Shown here: in pieces, positions 27,527 through 40,735 of the stretch
Layout of the letters: each line of letters starts with the position of its first letter
How positions within the stretch are numbered: position 1 is the first letter of the stretch
Assembly (NCBI GenBank): GCA_964304625.1
Contig: OZ199838.1
Location: forward strand, 2,479,329-2,543,328
DNA: 64,000 bases
Reading direction: 5' to 3'
Source of the DNA: Kudoa neothunni
Taxonomy: Eukaryota; Animalia; Cnidaria
Notes under the pieces: model-generated
Seen by the model: the letters and a program-made list of their open reading frames with translations, nothing else
The model's database searches: none
What the model was told of the DNA's origin: nothing
Program-made: the position numbers and the translations under genes

Positions 27527-28440
27527 TCCTCCTCTATAACCAACTACACTTTTTAAAACTTCGTCTGCTTCACCGCAGTTATTTTTATGCTTTTCTTTTT
27601 GTTATCTCTTCAAATATTTTCTATATACGAATTTTAGTTCGAGTTAGAATATAATTATAAAGGTATGAGGCTATTCCTATTTTGTAGCCCGTTTGATTGC
27701 GTATTTAAATGTGCCACACCAAATTCACTAATCTTATGTAGGAATTTTTGTTGAGACAATATTTTGTAAGTTAGAATGACTACAGTAGTAGGTAACAGAT
27801 TTTTCGCATTTTTAATACACGCGCCATAGGGGGAAAATTTAGTTTGAGCTTACAAATTTATACAACTCTATTAATCTACTCTCATTTTATTTAAATTATA
27901 TCATTAGGCAGCATATTGCATTCATTTTACAATATAATTATGGGCCCTTATGAACCCGTCTAAATTACAGGATGTGCAACAAGCACCCTAAGACTAAAAG
28001 AATTCTTGTCAATACGTATACACTAATTATTATTAATACGGCTAAATCTAGTAAAATTAGAATTATTATAATTCTCGTGTTTCTCTTGACATAGAATACC
28101 TTCAGCAAATACAGGAGATAACAATAAAATAACCAGTAAATGGGATTTGTATTCATGCTTAAGTTTGAATTTTCATAAAGCAATATGTACGTTTATCAAA
28201 GATACCAAAATTTGATTATTAAAAAATAGTTTTAAGGAGAATACGACCGAAAATAAACATGAATCATACAAATTTTCCATCCAACTAAAGGAAAATTATT
28301 TTTATCGCGTTCTCATCAGAGCAAAAATAGGATTAAAGGAGGAAAAATATACGTAAAATCGGTTAATTACTGTAATATTATTTAATGTACGTAACGCGGT
28401 GAATACTATTATTTACGATAATTTAGTTTTATTTATATTA

Positions 28441-29544
28441 CAGTCAAACCTCGATTATCCAGAAAAGTTGAGACCAGTGATTTTCTTTCCGGATAGCTTT
28501 TTTTTGGTTTACATGATAAAACCCCCAGCGCAACTTATTAGGTTGTGGAATTCTGGGTTGTCAGACCCCTTCCATTAATACTTTAGACACCGCAGGACGT
28601 AACATGAAACCCCGCCCCTTATCTCTATGCGGTAGTATGTGACTCTAACCCACTAAACATCCTCGTCTCAGGGCGACCACCACCCCAAACCCTATCACTT
28701 TAAGGACGTTGGCTCTGCAAATTATTTGCCTTTCAATTGGATGGGTCCCAGAAATTCAAACTCCTATTCACGCTCATCCCACTTCACAGGGAGCGTACAC
28801 TTTAATCACAGCTCCCAAATATGGGATAGCCACCCACCCACCCACCCACCCACTGACACGGAAGTGGTAGTCTGACCACCAGCGGATTTGAACCCATTAC
28901 CTTAAGGTTCTGAGGTCGGAGTGTCACACCGATGTGATATCTGTTCTCGGCACACTCTTTCCGGATGGCGAGGTTCCGGTTAATCGAACATAAACCATGT
29001 CGTGCGCATTTATTTGAAATTTTTGCTCGTTTTTAGTGTTTACTTGATTTATAAACAATTTTTACCGTTTATTTAGTAAAATATTTTAACTAATACCACT
29101 GAAATTAAAAATGTTGACATACCTATTAACTAAGAATATGAAGACTTAAAGGAAAAACAAAATATAAATATGGGAGTTTTTACACGTCTACAGAGGAATA
29201 ACCTATTTTTTTAAATAATAGATAATTAATATTTGATTAATATGCATACAGTCATGTGTTCAGATATAGTACAAAATTATCTACGAATTGAATGCTTAAT
29301 ATAAGTTTAAAAGAAAAATTTATTAATAAATAACCTAGAAATATTTTTGTTATAAATATTGCATTGGTATATATGCTATATTGTGTATGTGGTACGGTCA
29401 TGGGTGCTACTTTTATCCGGAAATATAATTAAATCGGAAGAACCATTTAATTATATTTCCGGACAATTTAACATATATCGACATGTAATGTCAACAAAAA
29501 CTAAAAAAATTAAAAATTTCTTCTGGATAACCGAGATTCGACTG
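28441..29544. mobile_element. pogo/Tigger-type MITE
   Basis: 24-bp imperfect TIRs cagtcaaacctcgattatccagaa / ttctggataaccgagattcgactg, flanked by TA on both sides. No transposase ORF. Confidence 0.88.
28498..28955 (-). mobile_element. tRNA-derived SINE nested in the Tigger MITE
   Basis: On the minus strand: tRNA-like head with A-box-like TATCACATCGG and B-box GGTTCAAATCC (28884-28894), GC-rich body, and A8 tail (28498-28505). A 14-bp target-site duplication tctttccggatRgc lies at 28484-28497 and 28956-28969. Confidence 0.85.
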
Positions 29545-29852
29545 TATAAGAAAAATGTCGTATAAATATATTCTAAGATTAAATTTTCAATAATCCGATC
29601 ATAAAGGACACTGGTATATTTAACGCCAGAGCGTTAATAAGAAAATTTTTAAATTTCTACCTTTTTTTGCAAATTCAGTTTGACCTCATTAACTGTCTTT
29701 GCGTATAAAATTATCAAGGAAAGCAGGTAAATTTTACGAGTAAATACAAAATTCTCAAAATTTAAACAATAAAATCGGTTCTGATGATTTCTTTAATTTT
29801 TTAACTTTGATATTATATTACTAAGATGGATTTAGAACTTAATTTGGATACA

Positions 29853-30911
29853 CAGTCAAACCCCGATTATCCGAAAATCGTGCTATCCGAATGATTTTTT
29901 AAATCTATTCGAAAATGATGTAGATTCTAAATAGAAAAATTTCGTTTAACCGAAATTTCAGCAACCGCAATCCGAAACAATTTTTTTCTGGAATTTTCGA
30001 ATAAAAATGTCTTCAAATTTGGATTAGTGCCTGGTTAAAATGGCACTTACATTTATTTTTTTGATACATATGTTCGTTATTTATTCAATTTAAATTTATG
30101 TTTGATTAATCGAAATAGTGTAACGTAGATAATATAGTATTTTATGTTCAAAATGCAACCATGTTCATGAGGAACGAATAAATGTTAGGTAAAGACAAAC
30201 TCCATTATATCTTATCTTTTCATGAGTAATAAAATATAAAAATGGTATTTATTGGATTGCTTAATCACAAACTAGCAGTGACTTCTTAAGACCAATTTAT
30301 CCACGGAATTGACTCAATTCAACAATGTCCACACATCAGTTTTTCCCATAACACCTCAACTTTTAAGTCTTATTGAGTATTGACAATCATTAATAAATAT
30401 TAAATTGTTGGAATATGACATATTTTAATGAATGAGGAAATTCTAAATATAGTTATGGAGAATTCTGGGAAAATACTCCTGATAGTTACTTTATTATTCT
30501 TACCGTCATTATTAGTACAGCTCGCAATATACAAATAGGGAAGAAATTATAAAAAATTGGTAATAATAATAGTCCATTTTTTAAAATTTCTAATGTATCA
30601 TTCTAATATGGCGCAGCTGCGTTAAGGTCGCATATATCGGCAGCATGCGTGGGTCGACTACATTGGATCTAGAACTACTGTGTCTTAAAATAATTTTTTC
30701 ACGTTGAATTAATTAGTACAACTTGTATATAGTAGAGGTTTCTTTAAAAATATAAAACAAACAATGAATAATGAGAAATAAACTATATAACCACCAACCT
30801 ACAATTTTTCCCACTGCACATGCGCATTCACCTGATTACGTTTAACCGATATTTCAGTATCCGAAAGGAAAATGCCAGGTCCAACATTTTCGAATAAACG
30901 GGGTTCGACTT
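29853..30911. mobile_element. Second pogo/Tigger-type MITE
   Basis: TIRs cagtcaaaccccgattatccgaaaa / ttttcgaataaacggggttcgactt, with internal subterminal tatccgaa repeats. Confidence 0.75.
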
Positions 30912-32856
30912 TATAATAAATTCAGCATTAATTAAAATGTTCTCTGGTCTCTTCAAATTTCAAATTTCCCCTTACCATTAGAAATTATATGGTATAACTT
31001 ATGCAGTATAACTTTACAGTTGAGTCTCGGTATTGTACCACTCGATGTACAGAGGGTAATCGGTAGTATGTAATTTAATTAATGCGATTCAACCTTAGTT
31101 TGTCTAAAACGATAATTTTTACAATATTTTTATAATCATACTCCTGTAAAATTTTCAAAAATTTTCCTGAGTTAAATCAGTAAAGGTAGGTGCTACTTGA
31201 ACGTTAAATTTTAATCCTTAACGACATGTACGTTTGCGTAAGGAAAATTTTTAACGCTAACAACGTTTATCACAAGCCAAAAGCTGTATGATGATTTACT
31301 TTTTTAACATCGATATTTATTTTTTCCTTGACCCTTTCGCTCTTATGGACCGGAAATAATTATAGTCAAAACTAGAGGCTTTTGAATATTATTTTTTGTA
31401 CCAATAGCCACTTTCTTTAACACCCATTAATATCTGAGTAATTTTACTTTATATTTTTATTTGGATATCATCGATATTAATATATGAATTTTATAATATA
31501 AATCCTCGATAATCTTAGCTCGTTGTAACAGAACCAACTTTTAATCTTTTAAAATAAGGATAATCTAGTGTTATCTAATTATAAAGTTAACCTTGTTAGG
31601 TATATTTCAAAGTCCTAGATATAATTTACAAAATTATTGATTTTTCGAAAATTTTAAACATATCATAAGATATTTTGAGCCCTCCCGTGACCCCATTTTT
31701 GGTAAATGTTTGTTTTTACCTACTTAAACTTTTCATTTTAATTTTTGGGATCATGTAATCTTAGAATAATGTGTATCGTTTATAAATACAAAATTTCAGA
31801 TAGATTATAATATTCTACGGTTTAAAAATTTTGTTGAATATAACGTAGCACTGATATATATTATTTGAAATTATTTTATACGGTTGTATCGCGTGTATTA
31901 AATTTATATGATAAGAAAAATGATCGTTTCAATATATAATGCCACGACCAAACTGAGGAGCATTGTAATTTGTAAACATTCTTGTTATTTGTTATAACTT
32001 ATAAGATTCTGAAGATGAACTCGGATTAAAGAGATTAATCCCACTATTTACTGTCGTGCAGGTTATTGAGCGTTGAAAACCGATCAGGTTAGGTTGCCTG
32101 ATGTGTTTTCAAAATATTTTATAATAATTATTTTCACATTAATTAAATTTAAATGGTAGTTAATTAAAAGGTGGTCATATTTTACTAAAATTAATAGTCT
32201 AGTCACATAATTAAAAGATTAAAATTCGTCACATTATTTCTATCATGATATCGCCAAATTTCAAGGTTTTCCTATTCCATAAAACTAAAATGTAAACATT
32301 TATGTTAATCGTTTAATTTTATTAATTTATAATGAAATTAAGCTAGGCCATTTCCTTATAACTATTGAAACGATTAAAAATATGTTGAAAGAAATAAACT
32401 TTAAATCATATTTATATTCTGATTAAAAATATTTTCACTCATAATTCAAATATATTCATCCTTATTTATTTAGATTCAATATTATTCTTTATTTCTCAAG
32501 ATGTGTTGTAAACATATCTTGAGTAAATCAATGTTGGATTACCCAACTTCCCTGGAGTTATCTCCTTTTAGTGCCGTGGCCGAGCAGTCTAATATTGATA
32601 TTAAAAGTGGTGTAGAAGTTTCTATTTTGATACATTCAGTTAAAATCTAAACCGAAATAGTTATATCTATTACATACACCATTTTAAGTTTTGTTTGGAT
32701 AAGTTTAATTGGTAATGTCTCCCTATATGGTTACGATATTTTTAACAAATTCTTTCGTCGCGTTGATATTATAAACATGTATTTTAATGGTCAAAAAATT
32801 AATTAGTCTATATTCCAATGTTTGGAATCATTTTCAATCATTATAGTAGAAAACCA

Positions 32857-32920
32857 ATGGGTCGCTGACCGACCCCAATGGGAACACACGTAAATCTTTT
32901 GAGCATGGTCCTTCGAGCGT
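32857..32920 (+). mobile_element. Orphan piggyBac-type terminal segment
   Basis: tgggtc-N-gaccccaa palindrome plus a spacer plus cttcgagcgt|TTAA, the same layout as the piggyBac ends at 39328-39391 and 40270-40333. Confidence 0.45.
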
Positions 32921-33847
32921 TTAATAATACAATTGAAATTATTTTTCAAGACTTTGATTAGATAATACAGAATTAACTCCAATGTATACTGTATCCAATC
33001 GCTAAATTTGCAGCGATTTACCTTGAAATTATATTAGCTAAAATTAATAAAATGGGAGGTTCCTTTCTGCACATATTGTTTTATGCGAAATATCATGTTG
33101 AAACGAATTATTTAAGATATATCCTCAATAATTAAATATAATAATCATCACTTTTTATGATAGAAAGATTTACATAAATCAATAATAAAATTATCTGATT
33201 TAAATTGATATTTCATAGCTGAGGAATTAAAAAAATTAATGATACGTTCCAACAAATTTAATCTTTGATGTAAATATATTGCAGTATATAATTAGGTTAT
33301 CAGGTAATTTTATCTATCAATTTTTAATGGATTCTCTTAAATTTATCCATTGTTGATCATCCGAGCAAAACATGTATAAATTGAAAATAGGTGAGGCGGA
33401 ATAAGCGCTGATTTTGTTTCATACCGTACCATTATAATTCTGTTTAGGAGGATTAAATAAAACAATTAAATTATGAAATTTATTTAAATTTATTAAATAA
33501 AAATAACTAACAGATTTTAAAGATCAATTTAAATTCTGATAATTTTGAAAAATTACCTAACTTATTTATCTAGGTTAAGCTCCCCAATTTGATTATTAAT
33601 GTCACTTGATAGATAAATCGATTTTATCTTGAATTTTTTATCGCACACTTATTTAATCGTCAAAGGATTATGTGACAACAACAAAAATTACATACAATAT
33701 ATACTTACAGAGAATTATTAAGGATTAACCAATATAAAAATAAGGAAAATAAAATGATAAAAATAAAAAACTTCGAGAATCTGATAAATATATTTCATAA
33801 TAACAGAGTGATTATATTATAATCTTTTTTGAAGATAGAGATTGAGA

Positions 33848-36809
33848 ATGGGTTCAGAGAGAAATTACGTCTTGTTTCTTCCTTTATTCCTAACAATATT
33901 CCGATTGGTCCGACCCCGAGAAATAGATTCAACTTCACTTCGTAACGATTATGAGGCATGTGTATCATGTTTAAGTTCAAACACAAAGATATGGTGTGTG
34001 GCAGAGGTTGATTTGTTGATTAACAGTTTCGATTAAATTTTATAGAATTATATATTGGATGAGAGATGCGAATTAAAGACGAAAGGGCACTGTCCCAGCT
34101 ATATAGAAAATAAAGTTCCAGTTAAACTTTAAAAACGTTTTTAAATGTGATTATTTGAAAAAAGGATTTGGATGTTATTCCAAATGATACATCGTTATTA
34201 ATTCATCCAATTCATCTCTCCGAAATGGAAAAAAGTCATTGCTGTTTGTAACGCCTATCAATATTGTAACGCAATTTTAATAGGCTCTGACACTGTCTTC
34301 ACAAAACAGCTCAGGATAAGACCAACACAAAAACGATCTCTTCAAATGTATCTAATAGTGGACATAGCTATCTATGGGACAGACATGTGGAAAATCTTGC
34401 TAGAAGACATAAAAAATAATAGTAACTAGACTGATGGTTTATTGTTCATTTATTTCTATTATATGATAGTGACTTCGTACGATTTCCCTTCAGACAGCAT
34501 GATCGGAATGGGATTATTTTACAGCAATAGAACATGGGAACAGAACAAGTAAATTTAGTACGAGTTGAAAAAGATTGATTATTTCTTTATGCACATTCAA
34601 AGGTTCTCCTACAGTTTTATAAACGTCGCAAAACTCACGAATAATTACCAAGAATTGGTCTGTACATATTTTATGTGTAAGGAGTGATTTTTGTTAGGAA
34701 TCTAAAATTACAGTCAAACCAGCTGACCAGCCTCCTTCTAATTCCTATGGGAAAAATTCTATCTGGCAACCAATTATGCAAGCGATTATATGCAAGGATG
34801 ACGTGACTTAATAAGAATGAATAATTTTGTTGTTAATTATATTGACTAAATTAGATCGGATGGAAGCAAGACATATCAGCTAGCAAACTTATTTATTTGG
34901 TCACCAACGTTTTGCCTAAAAATAAGGAAACTACTGTAAGAACTTTGCTTTAAGTAGGATAATTTATGTTTCTTCAAAGTTACCCATATTTCCCTTGAAA
35001 CAAAAACTTGAATGTCGCCTTGTGGACTCCAAATATATAGAAATTCAAGCAATTAATCTATTTTATAATAATTTAAAATCGATGTGATGATCTTTACATT
35101 CTTTATTTGTAAATAGGAACAAGAAGACTTTGAATTTTATCAGTCTGTATTCGCGGAAAATTCTGTTAGTTTCATTGTTATATCTTCGGTGGAAAATGTT
35201 AAAAGATATTACAAAGTAACAAAAAATATTAAATTATACTGAAATATTGTTATGTGATATAGGAATTTCGTTACAAAAATAAATACATCAAAATGAAGAT
35301 CAACGACTATCTTTGTCAACATCCTTCTACTGGCCCATGCTACTATTTTATGGCTAATCAACAAGTTTATTGGATTTTAATATTATTTAAAAGCTATATA
35401 TTTCCCGAAAGTTGTTGAGCTATTACAAAATTTTCCTCAAAAAGGAGGATTCTTATGTCAATATTTCCTTGGAGCCGAGTAGCAAAAGGTAGCATAAGTT
35501 GAATTATTTTGTATGTTGTTTATTGGCCCAACAAGACATGATCATGTCTACTACGGATATTTGACGGACCAAGTTTTGGATCTCAACTTAAAGGTTACTA
35601 TAAAAAAATTTCTCCCTGCTAATCAACGACAAATGTACTCGTTGTTAGGCTATTCTATATGACTATGTTTAGCTATTATTTTCAAGTTACTGATAATTAT
35701 CCCATTGCTGTTGTCGTCTACTTTAATGATAAGGAATTTTTGTGTGGATGCGAATCACAAAACCATCCTACATATGTGAATATTTTTTCTAAGCTTTTGT
35801 CGGATGAATAAATGATCCTATAATTAGTCGTTGGAATGTGAAAACTGTTCATTCCATGGAGATAAAGTGTGTGGTCATTGTCGATGCTACAAACATTAGT
35901 GAGATTGTTGTATATTCTACTTATGAATAATTAATATGATTCTTGAGTTCTGGGATCTCATGTGCAAACACCGTAAATATGAAACTACCTACAAAAATCA
36001 TCCCACCTCCAAAATGCGATGAATTAAACTGTGAAAGCGAAACTATAGATTATTGTGCGGAAGTGTTATTAAATGTGGCTGGATCTTGCTCTTGTGTGAG
36101 GAACTCTCATCGCAAGAAAGGTTTGTGTGGCAGGGGCAGTTGTATTGTTGAATTCATGAAGAATCGATGTAATTGTTCATCTTATGAAGAGGTAAACGGT
36201 TTTATGAAGTATTAATTGATTGTTTTTAAATTAAGAGTTGCGATAACATGGGGTTGTGTAGATGTGGGGAATGTGAGTGCACATTCAGCAAACCCACCGA
36301 TTTTTACTTAATAAAAGTATTTTATAAGTGCAAATATAATTATTTTATATTTTCATTTAAGAACGACGTTATCCCCTACGAAATATTTGAGGTATGTATC
36401 CAAAAACATATGAGAAATACTTCGCTGGACCCTCTCTATAATAATTCAATGGTCAATGATATTTGTAGTCAGATTTCTGTTTATTTGAACCATTATAATA
36501 ATGAGTTCGGCTTTAAATATCTATTTATATTTAACGACTATACGTATTATGAGTATAACATCACTAATGATGGAACCAGCTATGTGATTTACGTCAGTCC
36601 ACCAAAATATTATTGTAACAATGATACTTCAATATTTTTATGTTAATGAAATTTTAGCTAAAAGTCTACTTTACTCCAAATATCGTTTGTTTCTCATCCT
36701 CATATTTGCCTCTTTAATTATTTTTCTGCTAGCCATCATAATTTTTACTAAAGCGTTTTACAAATCATCAAATAGTACTCGGAATGAAGACCTAAAATTA
36801 CAAAGATAA
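33848..36809 (+). CDS. Integrin beta-like subunit A (divergent, multi-exon)
   Basis: Signal peptide, PSI domain (CVSCLSSNTKIWC), beta-I landmarks (MYLIVDIAIY; FSYSFINVAKLT; IMQAIICKDD|IGWKQD; VFAENSVSFIVIS), Cys-rich EGF repeats (CGCES...CSFHGDKVCGHCRC; CDNMGLCRCGECEC), beta-tail, TM LFLILIFASLIIFLLAIIIF, and a short cytoplasmic tail. Confidence 0.85.
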
Positions 36810-36952
36810 TCTTCACGCTGTGATATTCATTAAAAATAGATTGCAACAAACTTTGGCTTATATATATTATTCATTTACCTTATTTTTGTTTGGATCGAAA
36901 TTATTGTTTATTGTTTTCTTATAAAATATTTAATGATATTTAAAACGTTTAA

Positions 36953-39387
36953 CCCTCTAACGAACTTGGGGTCTAAAACACCCCAAGTTTTTTTTGTTTC
37001 GTTATTATTAAAAAAAAATATAAAAATAAGTAATATGAAAATGCAGAAATTTCTATCGACGAAACTTTGAGAAAAATGACAATTTAATGTGTATATTAAT
37101 ACTCTTTAATCCCCTCGGGAAACCGCCAGTACTTTTTTATACAATTGTTAACAAAATTCAACATAAATATGCTGTTTGGTGTACGTTTTTGATTGTTCAT
37201 GACTTTCAAAATCATAAAATTCTTACCAACTGCTGACTTACACTTCTTAAATCATTTTATAACACTAAATTATATTTCGAAAGTGTTTATTATTTTCTTA
37301 ATATCGATAAAGTTTTAGGAAATACATTTTTAATACACATGAACCCTACATTACTGGTAGGTTTAAAACTAAATGATATTTTTATATTGAGATGATGTTC
37401 TAAATTAACTTTTACTTCCTTCAGCACTGATGATTTTTAACCAAAAAAATGATATCACTCCATATGGTTATTTCGATGCACGAGTGAGTTATATTTTTTG
37501 AAGCGTGATGAGTAGTTCGGAGGAATATATAGATGAGATCGAATCGTCTGTTAGTGAATTAGATGATTTTTTGTGTGAGGTATCCGACAATACGAAAGGA
37601 ATGTCAGATGACGAGTGTCCTGCCGATGCTACGATAGACAAAAATGGAACGGTGCGGACTTTGAAAAAGCCCCTTTCATCGACAGTTTGACTTGAAAATA
37701 CACTTTCTTCTCGACCCAGGTCCAACGGCATATTCAATTCAAAGAATCAAAAATACTGAAGATTGTCTCACAATATTTTTTACAAATAATATTTGTGGTG
37801 AAATAACAAAATATACAAATGAATTTGGAAGAAGTCGCTTCAGAGATTCTTGGACTGATCTAGATGATGTTGAGTTTAAAGCATATTTGGGAACGCTTGC
37901 TTTGATGGCTGTTCATAAAGATCGAGAGGAGCCTTTAATCGAGCTGTTTAGTCTTTCCGAAGGAAAAGAATTATATCGTCAACTTTTTTCATATAACCGC
38001 CTCAGACAAATAACGAGATCTCTGCATTTTGATGATGCAAATACTAGCGTTCAAAGAAAGGCGACTGATAAATTCTGTGCCATCCGTAGTGTATGGAATA
38101 TGTGGGTTGACATTTTGCCGTTGTTTCCCTCCTAATGAGGATATAACTGTAGATGAGCAGTTAGTGCCATTTAAGGGAAGGTGCCCGTTTAGGCAATATA
38201 TGCCATTAAAACCAACCAAATATGGTTTAAAATTCTTTCTGCTGGCGGACCCAAAGGATAAATATGTTCTTAACGTCCCTCCATGTCTTGGAAAAAACGG
38301 AAGTGAAGCTGGTCGAACCTTAAACGTGGGTGAAAACATTGTACTTTCTCTGACAACCCCATTTCATTATTCTGGAAGAACGGTTGTTGCAGATAATTTT
38401 TTCACTTCTCTGGGGTTAGCAACAAAATTACTGGCGGAATAGTTAACATATTTGGGGACCATTCGTCACAACAAACGAGATCTGCCATCTTGTGTTCTTC
38501 CAAACAGATGCAGAGAATTGTACAGTATCACGTTTGCGTTCTTCAAAAAAAATATGTTGACATCATACGTAAACGAAAAAGGCAAGGCTGTTATTATATT
38601 ATCAACTGGCACCAACAATACAGAAACAGACAAGGAAATGGGCAAAAATAAGCCAGTAACTATCTTACACTACAACAGAACAAAGGGTGGCGTAGATACC
38701 ATTGATAGAATGTTGTCGTCTGTTTCAGTTAGAAGATTTACTCGACGATGGCCATTGATTGTATTTTTTAATATGGTAGACTTATCTTTAACCAATGCTT
38801 TTGTGCTATTTAAATATATTTTTGTTGAACAAAAAAAATGCGACGTTAATTTATGAAAGAGATGGCCCAAGTCCTTTACCGACCATTCCTTGCTAAAAAT
38901 ACACTTGACAAGAAAATTATCAAAAGGAGTCATTCAGCTCTCTCCGCCAAACCAGTGATTGCAGATTCTAATTTGAAAAAGAGTCGATGCGAATTTTGTC
39001 CTCGACAGACTGATAAAAAAACTAACACCCGCTGTGTTAGCTTTTTCTGTCGAGACCATTCATCATAAAAATGTAAGTTTTGTTAAAAATAATACCAGTT
39101 TTATAAAAAAATATAATATGTATTGTTTTTATTATTTCGCGTTATTAGACTTGTTTTATTTTACCGCCGAATATTTACGAAACGCTATTTAAGCCAACCG
39201 AGCCAGATTAGATAAGATTAATGGTTTTATGAAATGTAGTTTCTCTGAGAATTCATTCGATAAAAATTCATTATAATTTTTTGATCGCTTAATAATATTT
39301 TTTTGGTTATGTTTATGCAATAAAAACTTGGGGCCCCAAAGACCTCAAGTTCGTTGGAGGGTAGTCATTTTTACATAACTTAGAGGT
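36953..39387 (+). mobile_element. Full-length piggyBac transposon, recently inactivated (PGBD4-like transposase)
   Basis: TTAA at 36949-36952 and 39388-39391. The left end ccctctaacgaacttggggtc matches the inverted copy at 39328-39361. The transposase carries the DDD triad (VDEQL, ADNFF, GGVDTID) and a C-terminal Cys domain, and is broken by a few stops (37688, 38440) and frameshifts. Confidence 0.95.
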
Positions 39388-39391
39388 TTAA

Positions 39392-40329
39392 AAGATACAC
39401 CAGAAGATGGCCTATGGTGGTTTTTTATAATATGATCGATATAAGTTTACTCAATTCGTTTTATCTATTTAAAACGATATCTAATAATTCTAATATTTGT
39501 AGAAGCAATTATTTAGAACAACTTGCAGACTCATTAGTGGAGCCCACCAACAACCCAACTGTACTGATTTCGACTGATGGAACCGTGAAGTCTATGGCGA
39601 AGTAAAGATGTAGCTTATGCGCTCGTCTGTCCAATACAAAAACAAATAATCAATGTTACAGCTGCTCCCAATTCTGTTGCAACAAACATTCGAGAACTAT
39701 TTGTTGCGAGTGTATAACAAAAAATGATTGGTAAACTATAGTTGGTTCTTTATTATATACTTCATCATTTGTTTTGAGACGTTTTTCACTTAGTTAAGGG
39801 TCACTAATTATTTGATAAATAATTACTAATCCGTATTTTATCATCAATGATTGCCTATGTATGCCAGCAACCGTAGATTTGCCTAACTCATTCATATATA
39901 GAAAAATACCAGTTAAGCAATATTTTATATTTATTCGAAAAATTTTATTAAATAACTACTAGAATCGGTAAAATGGCAATCATGTTTCCGAAAGAAAATA
40001 TGTGTAATTTAAATTAGTAATGCAATTTAGTAAGTTCTATTATCTCTTAAATATCTAGAAAACACTGTAAAAAATCGTAGGATGTACCTAAAAAGTCTTA
40101 TATTAATATTTAAATACTTAAAATTAATTAATAAATGGTCGGCGAGCTTCGGCTGTTATCGGCACGCACATAAATTATGATTATTTCGTTATCGCGCCGA
40201 TAAAAAACTTTTTTAAAGAATGAAATTGTATATCACAATATTATGTATCAAAATAATAAATAAAAATCTGTGGTCTTCCTGGACCCCAAAACTGCTTGGT
40301 GTATATTCGTTTTTGACATGCTTCGAAGG
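39392..40329 (+). mobile_element. 3' half of an older piggyBac
   Basis: Reads KRYTRRWPMVVFYNMIDISLLNSF...RCSLCARLSNTKTNNQCYSCSQFCCNKH. Ends with gtc-N-gaccccaa, a spacer and cttcgaagg|TTAA (40330-40333). Confidence 0.85.
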
Positions 40330-40735
40330 TTAATTCGAAGAACAAATTATTTAGACAGCGTGTTGATAATACTAATGATTTCTGTCACCAATAAATAAAA
40401 AAAAATTCAATTAACACATCCAATTTTATAACACTCGAAATTATTTTTTTATTTTCATCATAATTTTTGAACAATTATAAATAAAAACATGCGTAAAACT
40501 TTCTTAATGAATGCTTACATCTTGAGAAAGTGTTGCAAAACAAATAAAATGTTTACTGTATTCAAAAGAAGTAGGAGGAAGGATTAGTAATCAATACAAA
40601 TTTAATATATTTTGGTATGCATAGATTTCATAAAATTAATTAATCTACTGATTAAATTATGACTAAAAGTTTGTATCGTACATATTAGTTGGATTTTGTT
40701 TTGAAAAAGTCATAAATATTTTATTGGTACAGCTC

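Noticed and set aside
28870-28950. Functional tRNA with a CAG anticodon-like loop
   Set aside because: The acceptor and anticodon stems pair poorly and there is no long variable arm. It is the head of a SINE with a tail and TSD.
37688-37690. TGA at a likely Trp position, suggesting stop-codon reassignment
   Set aside because: It lies in a transposon that also has TAG stops and frameshifts. Host genes end at TGA (NDUFS8, NIPBL) and use TGG for Trp.
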